A DNA stretch of 64,000 bases. Origin: Planctomycetota bacterium. GTDB lineage: Bacteria > Planctomycetota > B15-G4. Below the pieces are notes generated by a model. It saw only the letters and a program-made list of their open reading frames with translations. It made no database searches and had not been told where the DNA came from. Location of the stretch: positions 992,001 through 1,056,000 of the forward strand of contig CBDFJQ010000002.1 of the NCBI GenBank assembly GCA_965248575.1. Reading direction: 5' to 3'. The translations under genes were made by a program, and so were the position numbers. Shown here in pieces: positions 20,342 to 31,939 of the stretch; the stretch's first letter is position 1, and each line of letters begins with the position of its first letter.

Positions 20342-21495
20342 GTCGGTGTTCCGGCTGGGGATGGGCAGAGCATCTCGGCGCGGCGCTGCGCCATGGACTC
20401 AAGTTGCTGGGCGCACTGAGCGTACACCTCACGCGAGCCCCCGTAAGGGTCTAGAACCTCTTCGCCGTCCGGGTCGAAGAGCTCCACCGCAGGGCCACCC
20501 AGGGCCGACGACGCCTCAAGCACTGCGGCGAGATGGGATTCCGTCATGCACAGCACCAAGTCGCAGGTCTCAAGCAGCTCATGGGCCAGCGGTTGACTCC
20601 GGTGGCTGCCGAGCTCCAGATTGCGCCGAGCCATGGCCTCCAGGGCCCCCGAACTGGCGGGAGCGCCGTGACCGGCCCAGGTGCCCGCGGAGTGAACTTC
20701 GGGCGGGAGGAAGGCCGGGACGCCCTCGACCTGGCGTGCCAGGGCGCGCCCGAGCAGGAGGCTCGCCATGGGGCTGCGGCACGTGTTGCCGCTGCAGACG
20801 ACGAGCACGTTTCCGAGCGCGTGCCGCCGCAGGTCCTCCCGGTTCACCACACCCTCGCGCAGGATCTCCATGCCCGCCGCGCTAGGCCGCAAGACGGTGG
20901 AACTCTCGCCCAGTGCACAGCGCCCGCCATCGATGACCAGCGCCACCTGCTCCAACAAGCCGGGCTCGAGTTCGTCCACCGACAGGGGAGCCGGGCGGCC
21001 GGAAAGATTGGCCGACGGAAGCACCAGGGGCGAAGCGCACTCGGCCAGCAGGCTCCTCGTCCAGCGATGACCCACCACGCGCACACCCAGGGCCGGGCCG
21101 TGCGCCGTGCCCTCCAAAGCCGAGACCGTGGGCAAGACCTGGGTGATGGGCCCGGGCCACCAGCGCTCGGCCACGCGCAGCGCGGGGCCACGCAGGGGCT
21201 GGAGGCGCTCGGCGATGCGATCCACTCCGGAGACGGCCAGGCTGTAGGGGGCTTGGCGCTGCCCCTTGAGAGCGGACAGCTTCTCCAGAGCGGCGGGTCG
21301 ATCCTCGCGCGCGGCGACCCCGTAGACGGTCTCGGTCGGGATCACCACCAGCTCCCCGGCATCGAGGGCTGCAAGGGCTGCCGTCCTGGCCGTCTGTGCG
21401 GCGGGCTCAGGGCCCGGGGCCGACTCCCTCCCAACCTCCCCGGGCGGAAGTTCCGGAGAGGAGATCTGGAGCCGTGGGGGGGGATGGCTGGTCAT
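20338..21495 (-). CDS. Fusion of a TsaC/YrdC threonylcarbamoyl-AMP synthase domain and an LMW protein phosphatase (YwlE-like)
   Basis: N-terminal PTETVYG, WPGPIT, SANLSG; C-terminal CSGNTCRSPMA and DPYGG; ATG at 21495. Confidence 0.88.
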   Translation of the reverse strand: MTSHPPPRLQISSPELPPGEVGRESAPGPEPAAQTARTAALAALDAGELVVIPTETVYGVAAREDRPAALEKLSALKGQRQAPYSLAVSGVDRIAERLQPLRGPALRVAERWWPGPITQVLPTVSALEGTAHGPALGVRVVGHRWTRSLLAECASPLVLPSANLSGRPAPLSVDELEPGLLEQVALVIDGGRCALGESSTVLRPSAAGMEILREGVVNREDLRRHALGNVLVVCSGNTCRSPMASLLLGRALARQVEGVPAFLPPEVHSAGTWAGHGAPASSGALEAMARRNLELGSHRSQPLAHELLETCDLVLCMTESHLAAVLEASSALGGPAVELFDPDGEEVLDPYGGSREVYAQCAQQLESMAQRRAEMLCPSPAGTPT

Positions 21496-21609
21496 GGGAC
21501 GAGATTCTAGCCCGGACAGGCCGCTCGGATCTGCTCCCGCCATTCTCAGGGCGCTGGTCGACAGGCATACTGCCGGGCTGGCAGTCCCCCCTGACGAGGA
21601 TCCCCTTCC

Positions 21610-22389
21610 GTGCCCGGCCTTTCTGCTCGACGCAGCCGTCTGCAGTCCATGGGTGTGCTCGCCGCGGGGTTGGCGCATGAGGTGAAGAACCCCCTCAGCA
21701 CCATGTCCGTGAACCTGCAGCTGATGGAGGAGGAGTTCTCCAAGCCCAAGACGCCCACGGAAGAGCGCACCCTGCGCCGGGCCCGCTTGCTGCTGCGGGA
21801 GGTCCAGCGCCTGGACAGCATCGTGAACGACTTCCTGGACCTTGCCCGGGGCTATGAGATCACGCCGGCAACCCTGGACCTGGAGCTGTTGATCACGGAG
21901 TTGTTGGCGCTGGTTCGAGCCCAGAACGAGCAGCTGAACATCCAGACCCGCTCCAGCCTGGCCACCGACGCCCGCAGCGTGGTCGCCGATCCCAAGTTCT
22001 TGCGGGTCGCCCTCATGAACCTCGTCGTCAACGCCCAGCAAGCCATGGCAGATGGGGGCGGGGAGCTTCTGGTGGAAAGCCGGCGCAAGGGGAACATCGT
22101 CGAGCTGCGCATCACAGATACGGGGCCCGGAATCGAACGCGATCGTCTCGAGAAGATCTGGCAGCCCTTCTTCTCCACGAAGGACGGCGGCACCGGGCTG
22201 GGCTTGCCCACCACGCGGCGCATCCTTGAAGAGATGGGTGGGGACATCCAGGTCTTCTCGGAACAGGGCCGCGGGACACGCTTCACCGTGCAACTGCTGG
22301 CGGTGCCCAAGCAACTTCCACAGGACGTCCCGGCTACCTCGGACGCCCCTCAGAATGACCCCAAAGACGGAGATGGACGCGACTCATGA
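21610..22389 (+). CDS. Histidine kinase (HisKA + HATPase only)
   Basis: H box AHEVKNPL, N box NLVVNA, DTGPGI, PFFSTK..GTGLGL; no transmembrane or sensor region. Confidence 0.92.
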   Translation: MPGLSARRSRLQSMGVLAAGLAHEVKNPLSTMSVNLQLMEEEFSKPKTPTEERTLRRARLLLREVQRLDSIVNDFLDLARGYEITPATLDLELLITELLALVRAQNEQLNIQTRSSLATDARSVVADPKFLRVALMNLVVNAQQAMADGGGELLVESRRKGNIVELRITDTGPGIERDRLEKIWQPFFSTKDGGTGLGLPTTRRILEEMGGDIQVFSEQGRGTRFTVQLLAVPKQLPQDVPATSDAPQNDPKDGDGRDS

Positions 22390-23756
22390 GTGCCCCGGTC
22401 AGTGTGCTTGTGGTGGACGACGATGCGGCTCACGCCCAAACCCTCGCCGACGCCCTGGAGTCCTCAGGATATGAGCCGCGCGTCGTGTTGTCCGGCGAAG
22501 CAGCGCTGCTCAGCCTCAGCGACACCCAGCCCGACATCGTCCTGACCGATCTGCGCATGGCCGATGTGGACGGCATGCAGATCCTCGAGGCGGCGCGCGA
22601 CGCAGGCGACACGGAGGTGGTCATGATCACCGGCCACGCCTCAGTCGAGAGCGCCGTGGAGGCGATGTCCCGCGGCGCAGCGCACTACATAACCAAGCCC
22701 GTCAACCTCGCGGAGCTGCGCGCCGTGCTGGAGCGGCTCGTGGACGAGCAGCGCCTGCGCCGTCGCAACGCCCACCTCGAAGCGCAGCTCGACGACCGCT
22801 ACGGCTTCGACAAGATCATCGGCAGCAGCCCGCCCATGCAGGCCCTGTTCCGCACCATGCGGCAGGTAGCGGCCACCGATGTGACCGTGCTGATCATGGG
22901 TGAGAGCGGCACCGGCAAGGAACTCGTCGCGCGCGCACTGCACCAGAACAGTCGACGCAGCAAGGCTCCCTTGGTGACCCTCAACTGCGCGGCCCTGCCC
23001 GAGAGCCTGCTCGAAAGCGAACTCTTCGGCCACGAACGCGGCGCCTTCACGGGGGCCAACGCCCGCAAGGTCGGCTATATCGAGTACGCCCACGGCGGCA
23101 CGTTGTTCTTGGACGAGGTGGGGGACATGCCGCTCACGACCCAGGTCAAGATGCTGCGCGTGCTCGAATCCCGGGAGATCAACCGCCTCGGCTCGAACGT
23201 CACCATTCCAGTCGACATCAGGGTGGTGACCGCCACCAACAAGAAGCTGCTCGAAGAGGTCTCCACAGGGCGCTTCCGAGAGGACCTCTATTTCCGGCTG
23301 AAGGTGGTCTCACTCGACCTGCCTCCCCTGCGTGACCGGAGCATCGACATCCCGCCGCTTGCCGAGACCTTCCTCGCGGAACTCAGCGAACAACACCAAA
23401 CCCGGGTCAAAGGCATCTCTCCGGAGGTGATGCGTGTGCTACAGGCCCAACCCTGGCCGGGCAACGTGCGAGAGCTGCGCAACATCATCGAAAACATGGT
23501 GGTCACCGGAATGCACGAGGTCCTCCAGCTCTCGGACCTGCCAGCAGGGCTGGTCAACCCCGAACCGGCCGAGGCAGCCGTGGGCTCACCGGCCTTCGAC
23601 ACCTGGCTCGCGGGCCGCACCGCCCAAGAGGTCGAGAAAGAGCACATCCGCGCCACCCTCGCGATGGTGGGCGGCCACCGTCGCCAGGCGGCGCAGCTGA
23701 TGGAGATTGGCGAGCGCACCCTGTTCCGCAAGATCAAGGAATACGACCTCAGCTGA
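22386..23756 (+). CDS. NtrC-family sigma54-dependent response regulator
   Basis: Receiver domain (VVDDD, TDLRM, KP), GESGTGKE, GAFTGA, FLDEVG, WPGNVREL, C-terminal HTH. Confidence 0.96.
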   Translation: MSAPVSVLVVDDDAAHAQTLADALESSGYEPRVVLSGEAALLSLSDTQPDIVLTDLRMADVDGMQILEAARDAGDTEVVMITGHASVESAVEAMSRGAAHYITKPVNLAELRAVLERLVDEQRLRRRNAHLEAQLDDRYGFDKIIGSSPPMQALFRTMRQVAATDVTVLIMGESGTGKELVARALHQNSRRSKAPLVTLNCAALPESLLESELFGHERGAFTGANARKVGYIEYAHGGTLFLDEVGDMPLTTQVKMLRVLESREINRLGSNVTIPVDIRVVTATNKKLLEEVSTGRFREDLYFRLKVVSLDLPPLRDRSIDIPPLAETFLAELSEQHQTRVKGISPEVMRVLQAQPWPGNVRELRNIIENMVVTGMHEVLQLSDLPAGLVNPEPAEAAVGSPAFDTWLAGRTAQEVEKEHIRATLAMVGGHRRQAAQLMEIGERTLFRKIKEYDLS

Positions 23757-24021
23757 GCGACCCCCAGGCGAGCGCGCTGCCTGGCTACACACTCCTGGCT
23801 GCGCTTCTGTGGATGCGCCATTTCGGCAGATGGCCGCTGCCCTGGTGTTCGGGACCCGCCGGATCGGCTGATATCCCCGCAGGGGTCGTGCGCTCTCCGT
23901 GGCCCACAGACCCACGGAAGGCACCTTTTCTCCCCCTCAGGCCCCTCGAAGCCTGCGGCCTGTGCCCTAGATCTTCGTCGTTCGCGAGCGGATCGGCCGA
24001 GTCCACGGAGACTCAGGCCTT

Positions 24022-24038
24022 TTGGCACGCCGTTTGAT
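24022..24038 (+). promoter_or_regulatory. Putative sigma54 (-24/-12) promoter upstream of dnaK
   Basis: TTGGCACGCCGTTTGAT versus consensus YTGGCACGRNNNTTGCW; GG-N10-GA instead of GG-N10-GC. Confidence 0.45.
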
Positions 24039-24119
24039 TGTCTGTTGCCAGCCATCACCCGGCTGCGCCCCTCCTGAAGCGGGGCACAATTCCAAGGACA
24101 AGGACCCGGAGCCTCTCCC

Positions 24120-26066
<1,947 letters not shown>

Positions 26067-26112
26067 GCCCGATGGGTCTGAGCGGCGTTCCATGGCGAGC
26101 GCCGCAGCCTAG

Positions 26113-27066
26113 ATGATCCGCATTGAGCAGCTGACACGCCGCTTCCACGACCTGGTCGCCGTCGACGACATCTCCCTCCATATCCAGGAGGGGGAGGTCT
26201 ACGGCTTCCTGGGTCCCAATGGTGCGGGCAAGAGCACCACCATCAAGATCCTCACCGGCTTCCTGCCTGCCACCTCCGGCAAGGCCGTGGTCGCCGGTCT
26301 CGATGTGGCCCGGGACAGTCTCGAAGTTCGACGACGGATCGGCTATCTGCCCGAGAACGTCAGCCTGCCCGTGGACGCCCGGGTGGATGAGTACCTGGAA
26401 TATCGGGGGCGCCTCAAGGGGGTGCCCGCCAAGCAGAGAACTGCCGCCAAGGGTCGCGTCCTGGAGCAGTGTGGCCTCGTTCCCATGCGGCGGCGCATCC
26501 TGTCCCAGCTGTCGCGCGGCTACCGGCAACGGGTGGGGCTGGCCGATGCGCTGCTCTCCGACCCTCCGCTGCTCATCCTGGACGAACCCACGGGAGGCCT
26601 CGACCCGGCCCAGCGCCAGGAGGTGCTCGACCTCATCGGCAGCTTCGCTGGCAAGCGCACGGTGCTGCTCTCCAGCCACGTGCTCAACGAGGTGGAGAAC
26701 GTGTGCACCCGCGTGGCCATCATCAAGACAGGTCGCATCGTGGCGGAGGGCACCCGGGACGAGCTGGAGCGCGACTCAGAACGCCGAGGGCAGATCCTGG
26801 TGGCGACCAGGGGTGCGGGCAAGCAACTCGCCGCATGGCTCACCCAGGAGCAGATCCCCTTCGTGCCCCAGGGCCCCGACACCTGTCTCGTACACCTCGA
26901 CCAGTCGCTGTCGAGTGAGGCACCGGGCAGCGGCGTGGACGACCTCTACGCCACCGCCATGGTGGAGCTGCTGGCCAAGATGGTGAGCGCCGGCCTGCCT
27001 GTCCAACGCTACGAGCCACGTGTGCGTTCCCTGCAGCAGATCTTCCTGGACCTCACCCGATCGTGA
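26113..27066 (+). CDS. ABC transporter ATP-binding protein (GldA-like)
   Basis: GPNGAGKST, LSRGYRQRVGLA, LDEPT, SSH. Confidence 0.92.
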   Translation: MIRIEQLTRRFHDLVAVDDISLHIQEGEVYGFLGPNGAGKSTTIKILTGFLPATSGKAVVAGLDVARDSLEVRRRIGYLPENVSLPVDARVDEYLEYRGRLKGVPAKQRTAAKGRVLEQCGLVPMRRRILSQLSRGYRQRVGLADALLSDPPLLILDEPTGGLDPAQRQEVLDLIGSFAGKRTVLLSSHVLNEVENVCTRVAIIKTGRIVAEGTRDELERDSERRGQILVATRGAGKQLAAWLTQEQIPFVPQGPDTCLVHLDQSLSSEAPGSGVDDLYATAMVELLAKMVSAGLPVQRYEPRVRSLQQIFLDLTRS

Positions 27067-27806
27067 AGAACCGCCCCCTGCTGCCGCTTTTCTGGCGCGA
27101 GATCGAGAGCCTCTTCTTCTCGCCGCTGGCCTACATCGTGCTCACCATCTTCCTGGTGTTGAACGGCTTCTCCTTCTTCTTCGCGTTGGAGCAATCGGGC
27201 GGTGTCGTGGATGACACCATCTCGCTGTTCTTCGGGGACGGCCCGTTGTTCTGGCTGTGCCTGCTCGTGGTGCCGCCCCTGGTGACCATGCGGCTGGTGG
27301 CCGAGGAGCGCCGCTCGGGCTTGCTGGAGGTGCTGCTCACCGCGCCCGTGCGCGACGGTGAGGTGATCCTCGCCAAGTTCCTCGGCGCGCTTGTGTTCCA
27401 ACTCTTCCTGTGGGCACCCACGCTGCTCTACGTCGCCATCATCCGGAACTATGGCGCACTCCCTGACGGGGGGCAGATCTTCACCAGCTATCTGGGCATC
27501 GCCAGTGTCACGTCCCTGCTCACTGCCGCTGGCCTTCTGCTCTCCACCTTGACCAACAACCAGATCGTGGCGGCCGTGGGATCCCTCACGGTCAACCTGC
27601 TCTTCGTGGTCATCCCCGCCATGGGCCCCAGCACATCGCTCGTCGCCCTGGAACCTCTGTTCAAACACGTCTCTGTTACTGAGCACTTCAGCAGCTCGTT
27701 CAGCCGGGGCATTCTCGACTCGTCCGTCATGGTGTTCTACGCGGCATCCACCATCGGCTTGCTCGTGATCGCCACCCGCTCCCTCGAAGCGAGGCGCTGG
27801 CGATGA
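27063..27806 (+). CDS. ABC-2 type permease (GldF-like)
   Basis: FFSPLAY, TMRLVAEERRSG..LLTAPV..LAKF, TNNQIVA; six transmembrane helices. Confidence 0.88.
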   Translation: MKNRPLLPLFWREIESLFFSPLAYIVLTIFLVLNGFSFFFALEQSGGVVDDTISLFFGDGPLFWLCLLVVPPLVTMRLVAEERRSGLLEVLLTAPVRDGEVILAKFLGALVFQLFLWAPTLLYVAIIRNYGALPDGGQIFTSYLGIASVTSLLTAAGLLLSTLTNNQIVAAVGSLTVNLLFVVIPAMGPSTSLVALEPLFKHVSVTEHFSSSFSRGILDSSVMVFYAASTIGLLVIATRSLEARRWR

Positions 27807-29308
27807 GCACACCCAGCGGAGGCTTCGGGCGCTGGCGCCGGCTCTTCGGCGCCGCCGAGGGCCTGGGCACCTCGCTCATCGTGCTGCTCTTGGTAGCTGC
27901 GATCGTGTATGCCTCGAGCCGGCCGAGTGTTCGGGCACGTCATGACCTCACCCAAGGGGCTCACTACACCCTGACCGAGCAATCCGAGAAGATCCTCGCG
28001 GGGCTGGAGCGGCCCGTGAGCATCACCACGGTCATGCGCCCTGAGGGACAATCGGTGGCCAATGGGCTCGCCGCCGAGCAGGCCAAGGGCATCGCGTATG
28101 TCCACAACCTGCTTGAGGAGTATGTGGTCGCAGCAGGCGGCCAGCTGAGCGTCACCCAGATCGACCCGTGGCGCGACCGCGAGGAGGTGGAACTGCTCAA
28201 GCGCAGCGACCATCTCACGCGCAAGAACGTCGTGATCCTGCGGGTCGGAGAGCGCACCGAACAGGTCTTCCTCGAAGAGCTCGTCACCATCTCCCCCGGC
28301 CGCGTCTCACCGGGCAACATCGAGATGGCCGAGCTGCTCGCCTTTCATGGCGAGGGCCCTTTGACGTCGGCTCTGCTGGCCGTCATCAGCGAAGAGTTGC
28401 CCAGCGTCCTGTTCGTCTCCGGCCACGGCGAGCCGGACATCCGTGACTTCCAGGATCGCGGCCAGGGTCTCCTGGCCGAGTCCCTGCGCGGACAGGGCTT
28501 CGAGGTGGGCGCCCTGGACCTCGTCGCCGGGGCGAGCATCCCCGAAGGCACCGACGTCGTGGCCGTCGTGAACCCAGAACAGGCCCTGGGCAGTGCGGCC
28601 GTGGATGCCCTGGCAAACTTCCACGCAGCTGGGGGCTCCTTGTTCCTCGCCCTTGCACCGTGGGTGGGGGACCCGCGCTTCGACACCTTGCTGGAAGAGC
28701 TGGGCGCGATCCGTGAGCGGGGCATCCTCACCGACGACGAGAACCCCTACGAGGGCGCGGCACGCAGCATCATCCCGGTCCGCCGCTACGACGCCTCCCA
28801 TCCCATCACCAAGCCCATGCACGAGCAGGGAGTCGTGGCGCTGTTCCCCACGGTGGCGGGCCTGAACCGGGCACCCACCACGGCGGCGCACATCCAGACC
28901 TCGTTCTTGGCCAAGACCGAAGACCATGTGTTCGGGGACACCTTGGGCGCAGATGACCGCCCCGGAAACTTCCTCTACGACGGACCGCCCGAGTTGCGCA
29001 ACAGCCGCTTCGTCGGCATGGCCATCCAAGGGGGGCTGGGGCGCGTGACGCTCTTCAGCAGCGGCGCCTTCGTCTACAACTCCTCCCTCAGCGATGGGGG
29101 CCGGGGCAACATGGACCTCAGCCTGAACTCGTTCAACTGGTTGGTGGAACGGGAAGACGCCATCGCGGCGCGACCGCGGGAAGTCTACGAATCCCGAGTC
29201 GAGTTGTACGGCGACGAGAAATCAGACGTCTTCCTATATGTTGTGGTGCTCATGCCCCTCGGCGGTGCCCTGCTGGGCCTGCTGGGGTGGTTCGTCCGAC
29301 GCCGCTGA
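27803..29308 (+). CDS. GldG-like ABC auxiliary protein
   Basis: N-terminal transmembrane helix, DLTQ..YTLT, GHGEP, HPIT, N.DL.LNSFNWL, C-terminal helix ending RRR. Confidence 0.85.
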   Translation: MSTPSGGFGRWRRLFGAAEGLGTSLIVLLLVAAIVYASSRPSVRARHDLTQGAHYTLTEQSEKILAGLERPVSITTVMRPEGQSVANGLAAEQAKGIAYVHNLLEEYVVAAGGQLSVTQIDPWRDREEVELLKRSDHLTRKNVVILRVGERTEQVFLEELVTISPGRVSPGNIEMAELLAFHGEGPLTSALLAVISEELPSVLFVSGHGEPDIRDFQDRGQGLLAESLRGQGFEVGALDLVAGASIPEGTDVVAVVNPEQALGSAAVDALANFHAAGGSLFLALAPWVGDPRFDTLLEELGAIRERGILTDDENPYEGAARSIIPVRRYDASHPITKPMHEQGVVALFPTVAGLNRAPTTAAHIQTSFLAKTEDHVFGDTLGADDRPGNFLYDGPPELRNSRFVGMAIQGGLGRVTLFSSGAFVYNSSLSDGGRGNMDLSLNSFNWLVEREDAIAARPREVYESRVELYGDEKSDVFLYVVVLMPLGGALLGLLGWFVRRR

Positions 29309-29330
29309 AGGCGTCGAGGAGGAGGTCTCC

Positions 29331-31187
29331 GTGCGTTCTCGTCTGCTCACCCTTGTCGCCCTCGGGCTGCTGGCCTACTTCCTCTTCCGCTTCGCCGAGG
29401 AACAGGACCGCGCCTCCCAGCCGCTGCCGTCGGGCGGGGCACTCTTCCCGGGCTTGGAAATCCAGGACGTCGGCTTCCTCAGCCTGAAGTTCAGGACAGG
29501 GCACATCCTCGACCTGGAGCGGGATTCCCAGGGCCCCTGGATGATCACGGCACCTACGGATGAGCTGGCCCAGAAGGAATACGCGGAGGTGGTGGTGCGC
29601 AACCTCGCCTCCGCCATGGTCCTGCCCATCGAGGAGCAGGGTGGCGCGATCAACCCGGAAGACGTGGGACTGGGGCGACACGCCAAGAGCATCACCTTCG
29701 GTCGCGGCGAGCACCGGCGCACCCTCTTTGTGGGTGATCGCAACCCCCTCGGACCAGGGGTCTTCGCACAGTTGGAGGGGAGCCCGCACGTGGTCATGGT
29801 CACCGAGAACCTGGACAACATGCTCGAGCAGTTCCGGGCCCAGGACTACGTGGACAAGCACTTGTTGCGGGGGCTCACGGGCAACATCCGTCGCGTGCGC
29901 GTCGAGTTCCCCGAGGGTGTGCTCATCGACGCACGCCTGGATGGTGATGCCTGGAACCTGACGGAACCCATCCCTGCCCAGGCGGACAACAGCCGCCTCT
30001 CCACCCTCGTGCGCAGCCTGCGCTTCGTGGAACAGATCTACCCCATCGAAACGACGGTGGTGGACAGCCAGCTGCGAGAGCTCGGCTTGCCCACGGCGGA
30101 CCAGATTCAAAAGGGCGACTGGGCGAACTCGACCATGATCCAGCTGACGGGCGCGGCACAGACGCCCGCGCGCGTGTTCCTTCAGGAGGGCTGGAACAAG
30201 ACCCCGGACGCAGAGATCCTTGCGGTCCGTGAAGACCTGCGGAAGATCCTGGTCATCGACCGGCGGGAGCTGAACCTGCTCCTGAACACCACGGACTTCT
30301 TCCGCGATCGGCGCGTGACGCCACCGATCCGCGATCGAGCGCGGCGGGTACGCATTGCGGAAGGCGACACCACGCTGCTCGACGTCCGCCAGAACGACCA
30401 AGGACTCTGGACGTACAGGGAGCCGAAGCGCCTCGAAGGCGTCGCCCTGGACTCCGAGCGGGTCGATGGCTTCTCGCTCGTCGCTGAGTTTCTCGGGAAA
30501 CTCGACCAACTCAGCGTCGAGGCCTTCACGGACCCGGCGGACGAAGAAACCCAGATCCAGGACCAGGAGCCGGCTGCCAGCGTCCGCATCGACTGGAGCT
30601 GGGCCAATCGGGAAAACCAGCTGGTGCTCTCCCTCTATGACCTGGAAGGCGAGAGCCTGCGGGCACGAGTCAGCGAGCGCCCCAAGGAGGGCCTGCTGCT
30701 CGGGCCTGACGTGCTGTCCCTGCTCGACCCCCAGCTGCCCGACCTGCTGCGTCATCTGCGGCCCCTTGAGCTGCCCGAATCCGCCTGGGGGGGGCTGGAG
30801 ATCCACATCCCCTCCCAGCTTCTGCCGCTCAGCGTGTCGCGCCCCGACACCGCCACTCCCTGGCAAGGGGATGACACATGGGGGCGGCGCTTCGGACTGG
30901 GGCACGATCTGCTGCGCGGCTTCCGAGGCCTAGCCTGGCAACCCCTCGAGGCAGGAGGCTTCCAGCCCGCGGACTATGACTGGCGTGTGGTCTTCCTCGG
31001 CTTTGACGGCGCTGCTCTCGGGACCCTGAGCTTCCGAGGACTGCGTCCTGGAGAACCGCAGGAGGTCCAGGGCCAGGCTGCAGCCGTCGCCCACTGGAGT
31101 GGCGTGCCGAACATGGAGCTGCTCGTTTCGGCATCCATCCTCGACCGCATGGCCGCTCTCGGCAGCCCTCAGCTACGAGGCGGCTAG
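29331..31187 (+). CDS. Membrane-anchored DUF4340-like repeat protein
   Basis: N-terminal transmembrane helix; repeated W.I..P...A / GL units; usual position after gldG homologues. Confidence 0.6.
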   Translation: MRSRLLTLVALGLLAYFLFRFAEEQDRASQPLPSGGALFPGLEIQDVGFLSLKFRTGHILDLERDSQGPWMITAPTDELAQKEYAEVVVRNLASAMVLPIEEQGGAINPEDVGLGRHAKSITFGRGEHRRTLFVGDRNPLGPGVFAQLEGSPHVVMVTENLDNMLEQFRAQDYVDKHLLRGLTGNIRRVRVEFPEGVLIDARLDGDAWNLTEPIPAQADNSRLSTLVRSLRFVEQIYPIETTVVDSQLRELGLPTADQIQKGDWANSTMIQLTGAAQTPARVFLQEGWNKTPDAEILAVREDLRKILVIDRRELNLLLNTTDFFRDRRVTPPIRDRARRVRIAEGDTTLLDVRQNDQGLWTYREPKRLEGVALDSERVDGFSLVAEFLGKLDQLSVEAFTDPADEETQIQDQEPAASVRIDWSWANRENQLVLSLYDLEGESLRARVSERPKEGLLLGPDVLSLLDPQLPDLLRHLRPLELPESAWGGLEIHIPSQLLPLSVSRPDTATPWQGDDTWGRRFGLGHDLLRGFRGLAWQPLEAGGFQPADYDWRVVFLGFDGAALGTLSFRGLRPGEPQEVQGQAAAVAHWSGVPNMELLVSASILDRMAALGSPQLRGG

Positions 31188-31804
31188 ACGGGGTCGGCGT
31201 TCGGCTTGCCGGCATCCAGGCCGCACGAAGCCGCGTGACGCCGCAAGGCCTCCGGATAGGTCACACACTCCACCTCGAAGACACGCGTTGCGAGGGAGTC
31301 CACCGTGTCGTCAGGAAGCACGGGGACTTCCGCCTGCAGCAGCACGGGTCCGTTGTCGTAGAGGTCATCGACGACGTGCACCGTACAGCCGGAAACGCTC
31401 TCCCCTGCCTCCAGCACCGCTGCATGCACCCGGTCTCCATACATGCCCTTGCCGCCGTAGTTCGGTAGCAGCGAAGGGTGGATGTTCAACACGCGCCCCT
31501 CGAAACCCTGCGGAACGGGAAAGTGCAGCAGGTAGCCAGCCATCAGGATCAGGTCGGGTTCTGCACGCAGGATGCGCTCGGTCTGGGTCGCGACGAACTC
31601 TTCGCGTGAAGCGAAGTCACGCGGCCTGAGCACTTCCACCGTCAACCCCAGCTTGCGGGCCCGTTCGTTGCCGGCTGCCGTCGAGCGCGAGGAGATCACC
31701 AGCGGGAATTCGGCCTTGAGGCTCCCCTCGTCCACACACCGAGCCAGGTTGAGCAGGGTGCGCCCACCGCCGGACAGCAAGACCACGATCTTCGGCACCT
31801 TCAT
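31184..31804 (-). CDS. purN: Phosphoribosylglycinamide formyltransferase
   Basis: LSGGGRTL, NIHPSLLP..GG.GMYG, GCTVH..YDNGP. Confidence 0.96.
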   Translation of the reverse strand: MKVPKIVVLLSGGGRTLLNLARCVDEGSLKAEFPLVISSRSTAAGNERARKLGLTVEVLRPRDFASREEFVATQTERILRAEPDLILMAGYLLHFPVPQGFEGRVLNIHPSLLPNYGGKGMYGDRVHAAVLEAGESVSGCTVHVVDDLYDNGPVLLQAEVPVLPDDTVDSLATRVFEVECVTYPEALRRHAASCGLDAGKPNADPV

Positions 31805-31939
31805 CCACGCACCTCGGCGGAGCATCGCCCGACATCCCACCCAGAGCCGATCCAGGTCGCCAACGACGGAAGAGAATGGACAGCCTCGCCATCCCGGGAG
31901 CGCGACGCAAGATGCCCGCGGCCGCGCCCGGGTTTTCAG

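Noticed and set aside
21496..22314. Apparent three-domain 658-aa ORF 20338..22314
   Set aside because: The upstream part is antisense to the histidine kinase; homology begins after ATG 21495
24022..24051. CIRCE element before dnaK
   Set aside because: The left arm is similar (TTGGCACGC), but the right arm at 9-nt spacing does not match GAGTGCTAA and the TGCCAG is 3 nt out of register
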